Shown: in pieces, positions 7,784-17,151 of the stretch
Numbering within the stretch: the first letter of the stretch is position 1
Layout of the letters: every line of letters starts with the position of its first letter
Assembly (NCBI GenBank): GCA_035573915.1
Contig: DATLZQ010000019.1
Coordinates: 1,573-65,572, forward strand
DNA: 64,000 nucleotides
Direction of reading: 5' to 3'
Source of the DNA: Actinomycetota bacterium
GTDB taxonomy: Bacteria > Actinomycetota > UBA4738
The notes under the pieces: model-generated
Told to the model about the DNA's origin: nothing
The model's input: only the letters and a program-made list of their open reading frames with translations
The model's database searches: none
Program-made: the position numbers and the translations under genes

Positions 7784-9574
7784 TTGGTTTCATTCCGGCA
7801 CAGGGCCTTGGAGGTGAAGGTGGGTCGAGGGCAGCGGGAGGAGGAGCGGGATCCGCCTGCCCTGGCCTCCCTGGGAGCCGGGACCGGGACGTCCCTTCGG
7901 CGCAGCGTCCGCATCCGGGCGGAGAACCTGACCAGACGGGTCCGCACGGGCGCCACGGTCCTCCACGACGTCTCCCTCTCCATCGAGCCCGGGGAGGTCG
8001 TCGGGATCGTGGGAGGCAGCGGGACCGGCAAGACGACGCTGCTGGAGGCGCTGGCCGGCGTGCAGGCGGCCGAGGCCGGGGCGGTGTGGTTCGACGGCGT
8101 GGAGATCTCCGGGAGCATCGAGGCCTGGCGGCAGGTGCTCGGGTACGTGCCGCAGGACGACATCATCCACGCCGACCTGCCGCTGGCCCGGACGCTTCGG
8201 TACGCGGCCGGGCTTCGGCTCCCATCCGGGACGAGCCCGCAGGAGATCGAGCAGGCGGTGACCGAGGCGCTGCGGGCCCTCGACCTTCAGGAGCGTGCCG
8301 ACGTTCCGGTCGGCTCGCTGAGCGGCGGACAGCGAAAGCGCGCCAGCATCGCGGTGGAGCTGCTGACCCATCCGCGGGCGTTCTTCCTGGACGAGCCGAC
8401 CTCGGGGCTGGATCCGGCCACCGGAGCGGAGCTGCTGCGGGTGCTCCGCCGCCTCGCCGCCGCCGGAGCGACGATCGTGTTCACCACCCACGCCCCCCAG
8501 GACATCTCGGCGTGCGATCGGATCGTGTTCCTGGCCAAGGGAGGACACCTGGCGTTCCTCGGCACCCCCGCCGAGGCCATCGCCTACTTCGACGTTCCCT
8601 CCGTCGAGCGGATCTATGAGCGTCTGGCCGCCGAGGAGAGCCCGGAGGCATGGGCCGCTCGGTTCCGCGACCGCCGAGCAGTGGCGGCCGGGGCGAACTC
8701 GCCGGCGTCAGCCGAGCCGGCCGCGCCCCTGGGTCCGCGACCGGGCCCCGCCGCGCAGTGGTGGGTGCTCACCCGGCGGACCTTCGAGACCCTGGTGCGC
8801 AACCGTCTCACGCTGGCCATACTGGTGGGCTCACCGGTCATGGTCGTGGCGATGTTCACGATCCTGTTCCGCCCCGGTGCCTTCGACCCGCGCCGCCCTG
8901 AGCCGAGCGCCATCCTGATGATCCTGTTCTGGATCACCTTCGCGGCGTTCTTCTTCGGGCTCACCTACGGGCTCCTCCAGATCGTCACCGAGCGCGCCAT
9001 CCTGCGCAGAGAGCATCTCGGCGGCGTGGGGCTGGGGCCCTACCTGCTGTCCAAGGTCGCCGTCCTCCTCCCGTTCCTGCTCGCGGTGAACGTGCTGATG
9101 CTGCTGGTCCTCCGGGCCCTGGACAGGCTGCCCGCCGACTCCCTGCGGACCTACCTGTCCGTCGGGGGGACCTTGGCGCTGCTGGCGACGGCCGCGCTGG
9201 CCCTGGGCCTGCTGACCTCAGCGGGCGTGGCCAACCCGTCGCAGGCGACCCTAGCCCTCCCCCTGCTCAGTTTCCCCGCCGTCCTGTTCTCCGGGGCCAT
9301 CCTCCCGGTGCACATCATGGCCGGCGTCGGCAAGGCCATCAGCCTGGTGATCCCGGTGCGGTGGGCCTTCGAGGCCGTGGGGCGGGCCCTCGGGGTCCGC
9401 GAGCTCCTGATGGAGGGCGGCTCGCCGCTGGGGCCCCCGCTGGTGGCCAGCTACGGAGCGGCCGGGCTCCAGCCCATCGGGGTCTACTGGGCGATCCTGG
9501 CGGGGTTCATCGTCGCGTTCCTCGTGGGAGCTCGGCTGCTGCTGCAACGGACCGCGACCGCGAAGACGCGCTGA
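7784..9574 (+). CDS. Fused ABC transporter: N-terminal ATP-binding domain plus C-terminal ABC-2-type permease
   Basis: Walker A GGSGTGKTT, signature LSGGQRKRASIAVELL, Walker B FFLDEPTSGLD, followed by about 6 TM helices. The exact start is uncertain (GTG 7814/7820 are alternatives). Confidence 0.8.
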   Translation: MVSFRHRALEVKVGRGQREEERDPPALASLGAGTGTSLRRSVRIRAENLTRRVRTGATVLHDVSLSIEPGEVVGIVGGSGTGKTTLLEALAGVQAAEAGAVWFDGVEISGSIEAWRQVLGYVPQDDIIHADLPLARTLRYAAGLRLPSGTSPQEIEQAVTEALRALDLQERADVPVGSLSGGQRKRASIAVELLTHPRAFFLDEPTSGLDPATGAELLRVLRRLAAAGATIVFTTHAPQDISACDRIVFLAKGGHLAFLGTPAEAIAYFDVPSVERIYERLAAEESPEAWAARFRDRRAVAAGANSPASAEPAAPLGPRPGPAAQWWVLTRRTFETLVRNRLTLAILVGSPVMVVAMFTILFRPGAFDPRRPEPSAILMILFWITFAAFFFGLTYGLLQIVTERAILRREHLGGVGLGPYLLSKVAVLLPFLLAVNVLMLLVLRALDRLPADSLRTYLSVGGTLALLATAALALGLLTSAGVANPSQATLALPLLSFPAVLFSGAILPVHIMAGVGKAISLVIPVRWAFEAVGRALGVRELLMEGGSPLGPPLVASYGAAGLQPIGVYWAILAGFIVAFLVGARLLLQRTATAKTR

Positions 9575-9721
9575 CGGCGCCGCCCGAGGGTCACCGGCCC
9601 AGCCTCCGCCGTGGCAGCAGGAAGAGATCATCCAGGGGGCGACTCCAGAGTGGTCCACACGGACGCCGGCGGTTCACGTATCCGGGAGGCGCCGCCCACT
9701 CCGCCCGGAAGTTGTTAATGT

Positions 9722-9973
9722 ATGTGCATGCTACAAAAACGGCTGCACATCCTGATCGACGACGACCGGTACCGGCGGGTCGCCGCGGAGGCCCAGGCCC
9801 GAGGCGTGTCTGTCGGCCGGGTGATCCGCGACGCCATCGACGTCCTCCTCCCAGCCGATCGCGGGCGCCGAGCACGGGCGGCGCGGCGGATCCTGGCGGC
9901 CCACCCGATGCCGGTGCCCGACCCCTCCGAGCTTCAGCGTGAGCTGAGCGAGCTCAGGGGCCGACGGGCGTGA
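9722..9973 (+). CDS. vapB: VapB-type antitoxin (ribbon-helix-helix/CopG-like)
   Basis: About 82 aa beginning ...LQKRLHILIDDDRYRRVAAEAQARGVSVGRVIRDAIDVLL. The stop overlaps the vapC GTG (GTGA). It is preceded by an AT-rich island. An alternative ATG is at 9728. Confidence 0.6.
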   Translation: MCMLQKRLHILIDDDRYRRVAAEAQARGVSVGRVIRDAIDVLLPADRGRRARAARRILAAHPMPVPDPSELQRELSELRGRRA

Positions 9974-10407
9974 TCGTCCTGGACACCACGGTGCTCGTGT
10001 ACGCGGTGGGGGGCGACCATCCCCTCGCCCCGCGATGCAGGCGCCTGGTGGAGGCGATCGGGGAGGGCCGGGTGAACGCCACGACCACCGCCGAGGCCAT
10101 CCAGGAGTTCGTCCACGTCCGGGCCCGGCGCCGGACGCGCCAGGACGCTGCGGATCTGGGCTTGAGATACACGGAACTCCTCTCCCCGCTCCTCGCGGTC
10201 GACGCCGACGCGCTCGCCCGCGGCCTGCGCCTATTCGCGCGCCATCCGGTCCTCGGCGCCTTCGACGCCGTCCTCGCGGCGGCGGCCCTGGAGGCGAGGG
10301 CGGAGGCGCTGGTCTCCGCGGACAGATCCTTCGGCGTCGTGCGCGGCCTCCCGTGGGTCGATCCCGCTGGTCCCGGCCTCGAACGGCTGTTAGCGGGCAG
10401 GGGCTGA
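9970..10407 (+). CDS. vapC: VapC-type PIN-domain ribonuclease toxin
   Basis: IVLDTTVLVYAVGGDHPL...AFDAVLAAAALEARAEALVSADRSF has the PIN acidic residues in the expected positions. 145 aa. Confidence 0.75.
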   Translation: MIVLDTTVLVYAVGGDHPLAPRCRRLVEAIGEGRVNATTTAEAIQEFVHVRARRRTRQDAADLGLRYTELLSPLLAVDADALARGLRLFARHPVLGAFDAVLAAAALEARAEALVSADRSFGVVRGLPWVDPAGPGLERLLAGRG

Positions 10408-10503
10408 ACCACCGCGGCGGGGAACCGTACGTGTCGAGCGTCGGCCCGTGTCGACGACCTCGAGGCTCAGCCAGGCAGTCCCGAGCCGCCTCGGGGCCCG
10501 GGG

Positions 10504-10761
10504 TCAGGGGGCCATCCCCTGGTCCATCCAGGCCCGGAACCGGTCGATGCGCTCCCGGTCCCACGCCCCGTCGCAGGGCATGTCGCCCTCCTCCAGGCGT
10601 TCGAGGATCCGGTCCGCGTTGTCCCGCACGTCCTCGTACCGCCACAGGTCGAAGGCCCACTCCATGCGCTGGCGGTCCTTCTCCCGGAACAGGGGCCGGA
10701 TGTCCCGCTCGAACGAGGTCTGCTCCTGCGCCACGCCTGCCTCCTTCGAGAACCCTCCCAC
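10504..10761 (-). CDS. Hypothetical small protein (85 aa)
   Basis: Clean ORF with good GC3. The translation ...PLFREKDRQRMEWAFDLWRYEDVRDNADRILERLEEGDMPCDGAWDRERIDRFRAWMDQG has no family I can name. Confidence 0.4.
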   Translation of the reverse strand: MGGFSKEAGVAQEQTSFERDIRPLFREKDRQRMEWAFDLWRYEDVRDNADRILERLEEGDMPCDGAWDRERIDRFRAWMDQGMAP

Positions 10762-10870
10762 CAGGCCTTCCGCCGCCGCCCCGGAGCCTCACGCCCCGCC
10801 CCGGGCGACCGACGGTGCCCGTCATGGTGGACCATCCGGCGGCCCGATGTCCAGCCGACGCCGGACGGGG

Positions 10871-11175
10871 TCAGTCGGTGCCGTCCCGGGAGGTGGGCTC
10901 CCGGGCCAGGAGGAGACCCGTGAGGAGCTGGAGGGCCGCTAGGGCCAGGGGCACGAAGAGGAACCACCGGTACCGCTGCGGCTCGTCGAGCAGGGCGTAG
11001 CCGGCGAAGGCCCCGGCCAGGGCGAACCAGAACCCTACCCTGGCCGCCACGTGGACGCCGAACAGCAGGCGGTCGCCGGTGGCGACGGCCTCGAAGCGCA
11101 CCCTCAGCCACCGGACCATGGTCCGGACCCCGACGAGGGTGAGGACCGAGGCCAGGGCGAGCTCGACCCCGGTCA
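10871..11175 (-). CDS. Small membrane protein (about 100 aa, 3 predicted TM helices)
   Basis: MTGVELALASVLTLVGVRTMV...FWFALAGAFAGYALL...FLFVPLALAALQLLTGLLLA. Its start overlaps the stop of the upstream phosphoribosyltransferase by 3 nt. Confidence 0.4.
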
Positions 11176-11811
11176 TCCCCGGTCGCTGGCCCGGGCCAGC
11201 AGGTCGATGACCCGTTCGTCGGGGACCTGGGGGAAGTCCAGGTACCACTGCCCGACGGCGTAGAAGGGCTCCGGGGTCTCCAGCACGACCACCTCGTCCG
11301 CCTCCCTCGCCAGGCGCCGGAGGGCGTCCCGAGGGGCCACGGGGGCGGCCAGTACGACCTTGGCCGCCCCCTGGGCCCGGGCCCACCGGGCGGCGGCCGC
11401 GGCGGTCCCTCCCGTGGCGATGCCGTCGTCCACCACGATCGCTACCCGGCCCTGGAGGGGGACCGAGGGCCGGTTCTGGCGGTACAGGGCGGAGCGCCGG
11501 CGGATCTCCTGCTCCTGGGCGGCGATCTCCTCCCGCAGGTAGCGCTCGCTCACCCCGAGCACCCGGATCAGGGACTCGTCCAGGACCTGGACCCCTTCGG
11601 CCACGGCCCCCAGGCCGAGCTCGGGGTTCCCGGGGGCTCCCACCTTCCGGGGGATGACGACGTCCAGGGGGACCCCCAGCGACTCGGCCACGATGGCGGC
11701 CACCTCCACGCCACCCCTCGGGATGCCCAGGACCACCACGTCTTGGCCTTGGAAGCGGCTCAGGACCTCGGCCAGCCGCCGCCCCGCTTCCTGCCGGTCG
11801 GTGAACACCAC
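11173..11811 (-). CDS. Type-I phosphoribosyltransferase-family protein
   Basis: PRPP-binding motif VAIVVDDGIATGGTAAAAARWARAQGAAKVVLAAPVA. GTG start with an AAGGAGGG RBS 4 nt upstream. The longer 340-aa ORF upstream is overlap artefact. Confidence 0.7.
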   Translation of the reverse strand: MVFTDRQEAGRRLAEVLSRFQGQDVVVLGIPRGGVEVAAIVAESLGVPLDVVIPRKVGAPGNPELGLGAVAEGVQVLDESLIRVLGVSERYLREEIAAQEQEIRRRSALYRQNRPSVPLQGRVAIVVDDGIATGGTAAAAARWARAQGAAKVVLAAPVAPRDALRRLAREADEVVVLETPEPFYAVGQWYLDFPQVPDERVIDLLARASDRG

Positions 11812-11967
11812 CCGACCCTCCTTCAGGTTGAGCCTCCCCCTCGCCCGACTCGCCGGGGATTCCCCGCCCGGCCCCCCGAGCTGCCCGGGCGCCCCCCGTC
11901 CCTGCCAGATTATGTGACCGAAGGCAAAGGCCGCTAGGATGTGCCCACAACGGGCAGGGAGGTGTGC

Positions 11968-12201
11968 ATGGTCAACGCCTACATCCTGATCCAGACCGAG
12001 GTGGGGAAGGCCGCTCAGGTGGCCAAGGAGGTCGCGAAGATCAAGGGGGTCCAGAGCGCCGAGGACGTGACCGGCCCCTACGACGTGATCGTGCGCGCCG
12101 AGGCGCGCAACGTGGACGAGCTCGGCAAGCTGGTGGTGGCGAAGATCCAGGCCGTGGAGGGGATCACCAGGACGCTGACCTGCCCCGTCGTCCACCTGTA
12201 G
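11968..12201 (+). CDS. Stand-alone Lrp/AsnC-family ligand-binding (RAM) domain protein
   Basis: A 77-aa protein, MVNAYILIQTEVGKAAQVAKEVAKIKGVQSAEDVTGPYDVIVRAEARNVDELGKLVVAKIQAVEGITRTLT. GGGAGG RBS. Confidence 0.65.
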   Translation: MVNAYILIQTEVGKAAQVAKEVAKIKGVQSAEDVTGPYDVIVRAEARNVDELGKLVVAKIQAVEGITRTLTCPVVHL

Positions 12202-12274
12202 ACGGCGCTCCGCAGGCCGTACGCCGCGGCCGCGTGGCGCGATGGCCTGCTGGCTGGCCTCCGTCGGTTCGGGG

Positions 12275-13378
12275 TCAGGGGAGGGTCCGACCCTTCTTCC
12301 GCTCCCGTTCGTGGCGCTCCAGGGCCAGCTCCAGCAGCCGGTCCACGAGCTCGGGGAAGGAGAGGCCCGACGCCTGCCACATCCGCGGGTACATGGAGAC
12401 CTCCGTGAACCCGGGGACGGTGTTGATCTCGTTCACGAACAGCTCGTCCGGCTCCCGGTAGAAGAAGTCCACCCGGGCCATGCCCGCCGCGTCGATGGCC
12501 CGGAACGCGCTCACGGCCAGCCGCTGGACCTCTTCGGCCACCTCGGTCGGGAGCCGGGCGGGGACCTCCAGCCTGGTCCCCTGGTCCAGGTACTTGGAGC
12601 GGTAGTCGTAGAACTCCCCGGCCGGGACCACCTCCCCAGGCACGGAGGCCACGGGGTCGTCGTTGCCCAGCACCGCGCACTCCACCTCCCGGGCCCCCTC
12701 CACGGCCCGCTCCACCAGCGCCTTGCGTCCGTACGACAGGGCCTCCTCCACCGCCGTCGCCAACCGGTGAAGCTCCTTGACCTTCGTGATCCCCACCGAG
12801 GAGCCCAGGGTGGCCGGCTTGACGAACACGGGCAGGCCCAGCTCGGCGGCTCGGGCCTCCACGCCCTCCCGGTCCTCCTCCCACTCCCGCTCGTGGACCA
12901 CCAGGTGGGGGACGACGGGCAGGCCCGCCGCCACGAACAGCACCTTCTGCACGGCCTTGTCCATCCCCACGGCCGAGGCCAGAACCCCGGAGCCCACGTA
13001 GGGCACCCCGGCCAGCTCGAGCATCCCCTGGACGGTCCCGTCCTCGCCGTAGGGCCCGTGCAGGAGGGGAAAGACCACGTCCACCGGGTGGCGGGACCCG
13101 TCCTCGCCCACCAGGGCCGGCTCGGCGGCCTCCGCGGCCAGGGCCACCCGGGGGCCCTGGCGCCCCACCGAGGCGAGGCCCCCGCCGGGAGGGGGTGGCG
13201 GGACCGAGGGCAGGAGGTGCCAAGCCCCCTCCTTGTCGATCCCGACGGCCAGGACCTCGTAGCGGTCCGGGTCCAGGGCGGCCACCACGGACCGGGCGGA
13301 AGCCACCGAGACCTCGTGCTCCGCCGAGCGGCCCCCGAAGAGGACCGCCACCCGCCGCCGCCCCCCCGCCCCGGTCAT
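12275..13378 (-). CDS. ddl: D-alanine--D-alanine ligase
   Basis: VAVLFGGRSAEHEVSVASARSV...HGPYGEDGTVQGMLELAGVPYVGSGVLASAVGMDK...EINTVPGFT is canonical Ddl. The ATG overlaps the upstream stop (ATGA). Confidence 0.9.
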   Translation of the reverse strand: MTGAGGRRRVAVLFGGRSAEHEVSVASARSVVAALDPDRYEVLAVGIDKEGAWHLLPSVPPPPPGGGLASVGRQGPRVALAAEAAEPALVGEDGSRHPVDVVFPLLHGPYGEDGTVQGMLELAGVPYVGSGVLASAVGMDKAVQKVLFVAAGLPVVPHLVVHEREWEEDREGVEARAAELGLPVFVKPATLGSSVGITKVKELHRLATAVEEALSYGRKALVERAVEGAREVECAVLGNDDPVASVPGEVVPAGEFYDYRSKYLDQGTRLEVPARLPTEVAEEVQRLAVSAFRAIDAAGMARVDFFYREPDELFVNEINTVPGFTEVSMYPRMWQASGLSFPELVDRLLELALERHERERKKGRTLP

Positions 13379-14580
13379 GCCTTCTCCAGGGCCTGGAGGA
13401 AGTCCTCCAGGAGGTCCTCGGGGTCCTCGCCGCCCACCGCCACCCGGACCAACCCGTCCTCGATGCCGGCGGCGCGCCGGGCCTCGGGGGAGAACTGTCG
13501 GTGGCTGGTGCTGGCCGGGTGGGTGACCTCGGTCCGGAGCCCCCCGAAGGACGAGCCGACCCGGGCCACCCGGAGGGAGCCGCACACCCGCACCGCCGCC
13601 TCGTAGCCCCCGCGCAGGCTGAAGGCCAGCATGGCCCCGAAGCGTTCCCCCCCGAACAGGGCCCGGGCCCGGCCGTGGTCGGGGTGCTCGGGGAGGCCCG
13701 GGTAGGACACGCCCTCCACCGCCCGGTGGTCGCGGAGGGTGCGGGCCAGCTCCAGGGCCGTGGCGCACTGCCGGTCCACCCGAAGGGCGAGGGTCTGGAC
13801 CCCCCGCAGGGCGAGCCAGGCCTCGAAGGCCCCGGCCGTAGCCCCCAGCTCGATGGCCAGCCGCCGGAGCCGGTCCACGAGCTCCGCTCCCCCGGCCACG
13901 GACCCCCCCATGAAGTCGGCGTGGCCCCCGAGGTACTTGGTGGTGGAGTTCACCGAGAGGGTCACGCCCTCCCGCTCCAGCGGCCGGAACAGGTACGGCG
14001 TGGCCACCGTATTGTCCACGACCAGGGCCACCCCCCGCTCCGCGCACACCGCGCCGACCCCGCCCACGTCCGCCACCCGGGCCGTCGGGTTGGCCAGGGT
14101 CTCGAGGAACACGGCCCGGGTGGTGGGCCGGAGGGCCCTCCGCACGGCCTCGGCCTCCGGCTCCACGAACGAGACCCCCACCCCGAACCGGGGAAGGACC
14201 TCGGTCAGCAGGGCGTAGGTCCCCCCGTAGACGGTCCGCTGGGACACCACGTGGTCCCCGGCCCCCAGGAGCGCGGTGAAGGTCACCTGGAGGGCGCTCA
14301 TCCCGCTCCCGAACGACCAGGCGGCCTCCGCCCCCTCCAGGGAGGCCAGCACGCGGTGGAGCGCCGCATGGGTGGGGCTCCCGTAACGGCCGTAGACGAA
14401 CCCAGGCCGACGCTCGTTGATGACGTCGGCGTAGTGTTCGAGGCCCTCGTACAGCCAGTCCGTGGTGAGGTACAGGGGCGGGGACACCGGCTGTTCGGCC
14501 AGCTCTCCCGAGGGTGCCTCCGCCCCGTGGATGGCCCGGGTGGAAAAGCCCGGGCGCCGCCTCCCTTCCGCCCCGTCCAT
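13375..14580 (-). CDS. metB: Cystathionine gamma-synthase / methionine gamma-lyase family PLP enzyme
   Basis: Cys/Met-metabolism PLP family: ...YGRYGSPTHAALHRVLASLEGAEAAWSFGSGMSAL...SVNSTTKYLGGHADFMGGSVAG. The exact subfamily (metB, metC or mdeA) cannot be fixed by eye. Confidence 0.8.
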   Translation of the reverse strand: MDGAEGRRRPGFSTRAIHGAEAPSGELAEQPVSPPLYLTTDWLYEGLEHYADVINERRPGFVYGRYGSPTHAALHRVLASLEGAEAAWSFGSGMSALQVTFTALLGAGDHVVSQRTVYGGTYALLTEVLPRFGVGVSFVEPEAEAVRRALRPTTRAVFLETLANPTARVADVGGVGAVCAERGVALVVDNTVATPYLFRPLEREGVTLSVNSTTKYLGGHADFMGGSVAGGAELVDRLRRLAIELGATAGAFEAWLALRGVQTLALRVDRQCATALELARTLRDHRAVEGVSYPGLPEHPDHGRARALFGGERFGAMLAFSLRGGYEAAVRVCGSLRVARVGSSFGGLRTEVTHPASTSHRQFSPEARRAAGIEDGLVRVAVGGEDPEDLLEDFLQALEKA

Positions 14581-14787
14581 CGGCCCAAGGGTACCCCCCG
14601 GCCGGCTGCCGCCGTGGGCGCCCGCCGCGGCGTCCGACCTGGCGTTGTTCCCGGCTCCCGGCAGCGGCTACGCTCTCCGTGGCGCCCGCGCGCCTCCCAG
14701 GGGGTCGGCTTGGGTCGAGAACCGGACCGGACCGAGGAGCCCTCCGCCCCGGCCCGTACCGAGGCCCCTCCCTCCCTACCCGCCACC

Positions 14788-15837
14788 ATGCGGGCCCTGC
14801 GCAAGGTCCGGCCCGCGCCCGGCGCCGAGCTCGTGGAGGTCCCCGTGCCCCGGCCGGGCCCCACCGAGGTCCTGGTCCGGGTGGAGGCGGCCTCCATCTG
14901 CGGCACGGACCTCCACATCTACCGGTGGGACCCGTGGGCGGCCTCGCGGGTTCGGCCGCCCCTCACGTTCGGCCACGAGGTGACGGGCACCGTGGCCGCC
15001 GCCGGGGCAGACGTGGCCCACCTCCCCCCGGGCACCCGGGTGGCCGCCGAGACCCACCTCTTCTGCGGCCACTGCCCGGCCTGCCGGCGGGGCCAGCCCC
15101 ACATCTGCCGCAACCTCCGGATCCTGGGTGTGGACGTGGACGGGGCCTTCGCCGAGTTCGTCCTGCTCCCCGCGGCCAACGCCTGGACGGTGGACGAGCG
15201 GATCCCGCCGGAGGTGGCCTCGGTGCTAGAGCCCTTCGGGAACGCGGTCCACGCCGCCCTGGGGTCCGCCGGAGGGGGCGACCTCGCCACGGCCACCGTG
15301 GCGGTCATCGGCTGCGGGCCCATCGGGCTCTTCGCCGTGGGGGTGGCCCGGGCGGCGGGAGCCAGGACGGTGGTGGCCGTGGAGCCCAACCCCCTCCGGC
15401 TGGACCTGGCCAAGCGGATGGGGGCGGACGTGGTGGTGGACCCCTCCTCGGAGGATCCGGTGGAGGCGGCCCTGCTGGCGACGGGGGGCCTCGGGGTGGA
15501 CGTGGTCCTCGAGATGTCCGGGGTGCCCGAAGCGGTCCGCCAGGGGACCAGGATGCTCGCCCCGGGCGGTCGGATGTCGCTGCTCGGGCTCCCCACCGGG
15601 CCGGTGTCCCTGGACCTCACCGACCAGATCATCTTCAAGGAGGCCCGGCTCCAGGGGGTGACCGGCCGGGAGCTCTTCCGGACCTGGGAGCAGACCACCA
15701 CCCTGGTGGCCACGGGCATGGTGGACGTGACCCCGGTCATCACCCACCGGTTCCCCCTGGAGCGGTTCGCCGAGGCTTTCGACGTGGTGGCCTCGGGCCA
15801 GGCCGGGAAGGTGGTGCTCCAGCCGCCCGGCGGGTGA
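14788..15837 (+). CDS. tdh: L-threonine 3-dehydrogenase (Zn-dependent MDR family)
   Basis: MRALRKVRPAPGAELVEVPVPRPGPTEVLVRVEAASICGTDLHIY...GHE..G aligns with E. coli Tdh. It is followed by kbl. Confidence 0.85.
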   Translation: MRALRKVRPAPGAELVEVPVPRPGPTEVLVRVEAASICGTDLHIYRWDPWAASRVRPPLTFGHEVTGTVAAAGADVAHLPPGTRVAAETHLFCGHCPACRRGQPHICRNLRILGVDVDGAFAEFVLLPAANAWTVDERIPPEVASVLEPFGNAVHAALGSAGGGDLATATVAVIGCGPIGLFAVGVARAAGARTVVAVEPNPLRLDLAKRMGADVVVDPSSEDPVEAALLATGGLGVDVVLEMSGVPEAVRQGTRMLAPGGRMSLLGLPTGPVSLDLTDQIIFKEARLQGVTGRELFRTWEQTTTLVATGMVDVTPVITHRFPLERFAEAFDVVASGQAGKVVLQPPGG

Positions 15838-15925
15838 GGGGCGGAGCGGGCCCTCCGGTCATCGCCAGGGCCCGCGCGAGGAAGGGAGAACGAACCTGTC
15901 GAGACGGCTCGAAGGAGGAGGGACG

Positions 15926-17113
15926 ATGGCGTCGGACCGGCTCGCCTACCTGAGGGAGCAGCTGGAGGGGCTGGAGCGGCAGGGGGTGGCCCTCCACCCC
16001 CGGGTCCTGGAGCGGGAGCAGCGGGCCCGGACCCGCTTCGACGGTCGGGACGTGATCAACCTGGCCTCCAACAACTACCTGGGCCTGGCCGCCCACCCCA
16101 GGCTCAAGGAGGCGGCGGCCCGGGCGGCCATGGAGTTCGGGGCGGGCTCGGGGGCGGTGCGGACCATCGCCGGGACCATGACCCTCCACCGGGAGCTCGA
16201 GCGGCGCTTCGCCGAGTTCAAGGGGACCGAGGACGCCCTCATGTTCCAGTCGGGGTTCACGGCCAACTCGGGCACGGTGGCGGCCATCCTCACCGAGGAC
16301 GACGTGATCGTCTCCGACGCCCTCAACCACGCCTCGATCATCGACGGGGCCCGGCTGTCCAAGGCCGAACGCAAGATCTACCCACACAAGGACGTGGAGG
16401 CCGCGGAGCGGTTCGTCCGGGAGAGCGTGGCCCACGGGCGGCGGGTTCTCCTCATCACGGACGGGGTGTTCTCCATGGACGGGGACATCGCCCCCCTCCC
16501 GGAGCTCCTGGAGGTGGCCGAGCGGTACGGAGCCATCATGATGGTGGACGACGCCCACGCGAGCGGGGTCCTGGGCCCGGGAGGCAAGGGCACCGTGGCC
16601 CACTTCGGCCTGGACCCGGCCCGCATCGACGTCCAGGTGGGGACCCTCTCCAAGGCCATCGGGGTGCTCGGAGGGTTCATCGCCGGCCCCTCCCACCTCA
16701 TCCAGTGGCTGGTGAACCGGGGCCGGCCGTTCCTGTTCTCCACCTCGGCCCCGCCGGCGGTGGCCGCCGCGTGCATCGAGGCCCTGAACGTCATGCGGGA
16801 CGAGCCCTGGCGGATCGAGCGGCTGTGGAGCAACACCCGGCTGTTCAAGGAGGGGCTCCACGAACTGGGCTACGACACCGGGGCCAGCGAGACGCCCATC
16901 ACCCCCGTCATCGTGGGGGACGAGACCAAGGCCGTGGAGCTCTCGGCCCTGCTGTGGGACGAGGGGGTGTTCACCCCGGCCATCGTCTATCCCACGGTGC
17001 CTCGGGGGCAGGCCCGGGTCCGGACCATCGTGACCGCCGAGCACACGGAGGAGGACCTCCGGGAGGCCCTGGAGGCCTTCGAGCGGGTGGGGAAGAAGCT
17101 GGGCCTCCTCTGA
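15926..17113 (+). CDS. kbl: Glycine C-acetyltransferase (2-amino-3-ketobutyrate CoA ligase)
   Basis: Alpha-oxoamine synthase family with lysine motif GTLSKAIG. Forms the classical tdh-kbl operon. Confidence 0.9.
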   Translation: MASDRLAYLREQLEGLERQGVALHPRVLEREQRARTRFDGRDVINLASNNYLGLAAHPRLKEAAARAAMEFGAGSGAVRTIAGTMTLHRELERRFAEFKGTEDALMFQSGFTANSGTVAAILTEDDVIVSDALNHASIIDGARLSKAERKIYPHKDVEAAERFVRESVAHGRRVLLITDGVFSMDGDIAPLPELLEVAERYGAIMMVDDAHASGVLGPGGKGTVAHFGLDPARIDVQVGTLSKAIGVLGGFIAGPSHLIQWLVNRGRPFLFSTSAPPAVAAACIEALNVMRDEPWRIERLWSNTRLFKEGLHELGYDTGASETPITPVIVGDETKAVELSALLWDEGVFTPAIVYPTVPRGQARVRTIVTAEHTEEDLREALEAFERVGKKLGLL

Positions 17114-17151
17114 GCCGCGCCGCGGCCAGTCCGGGCATACTCTGAGCCAGC

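Noticed and set aside
14581-14787. Possible SAM riboswitch in the GC-rich leader of the metB-like gene
   Set aside because: I could not recognise SAM-I or SAM-IV conserved helices or the core by eye. It would need an Rfam covariance-model scan, so I make no claim.
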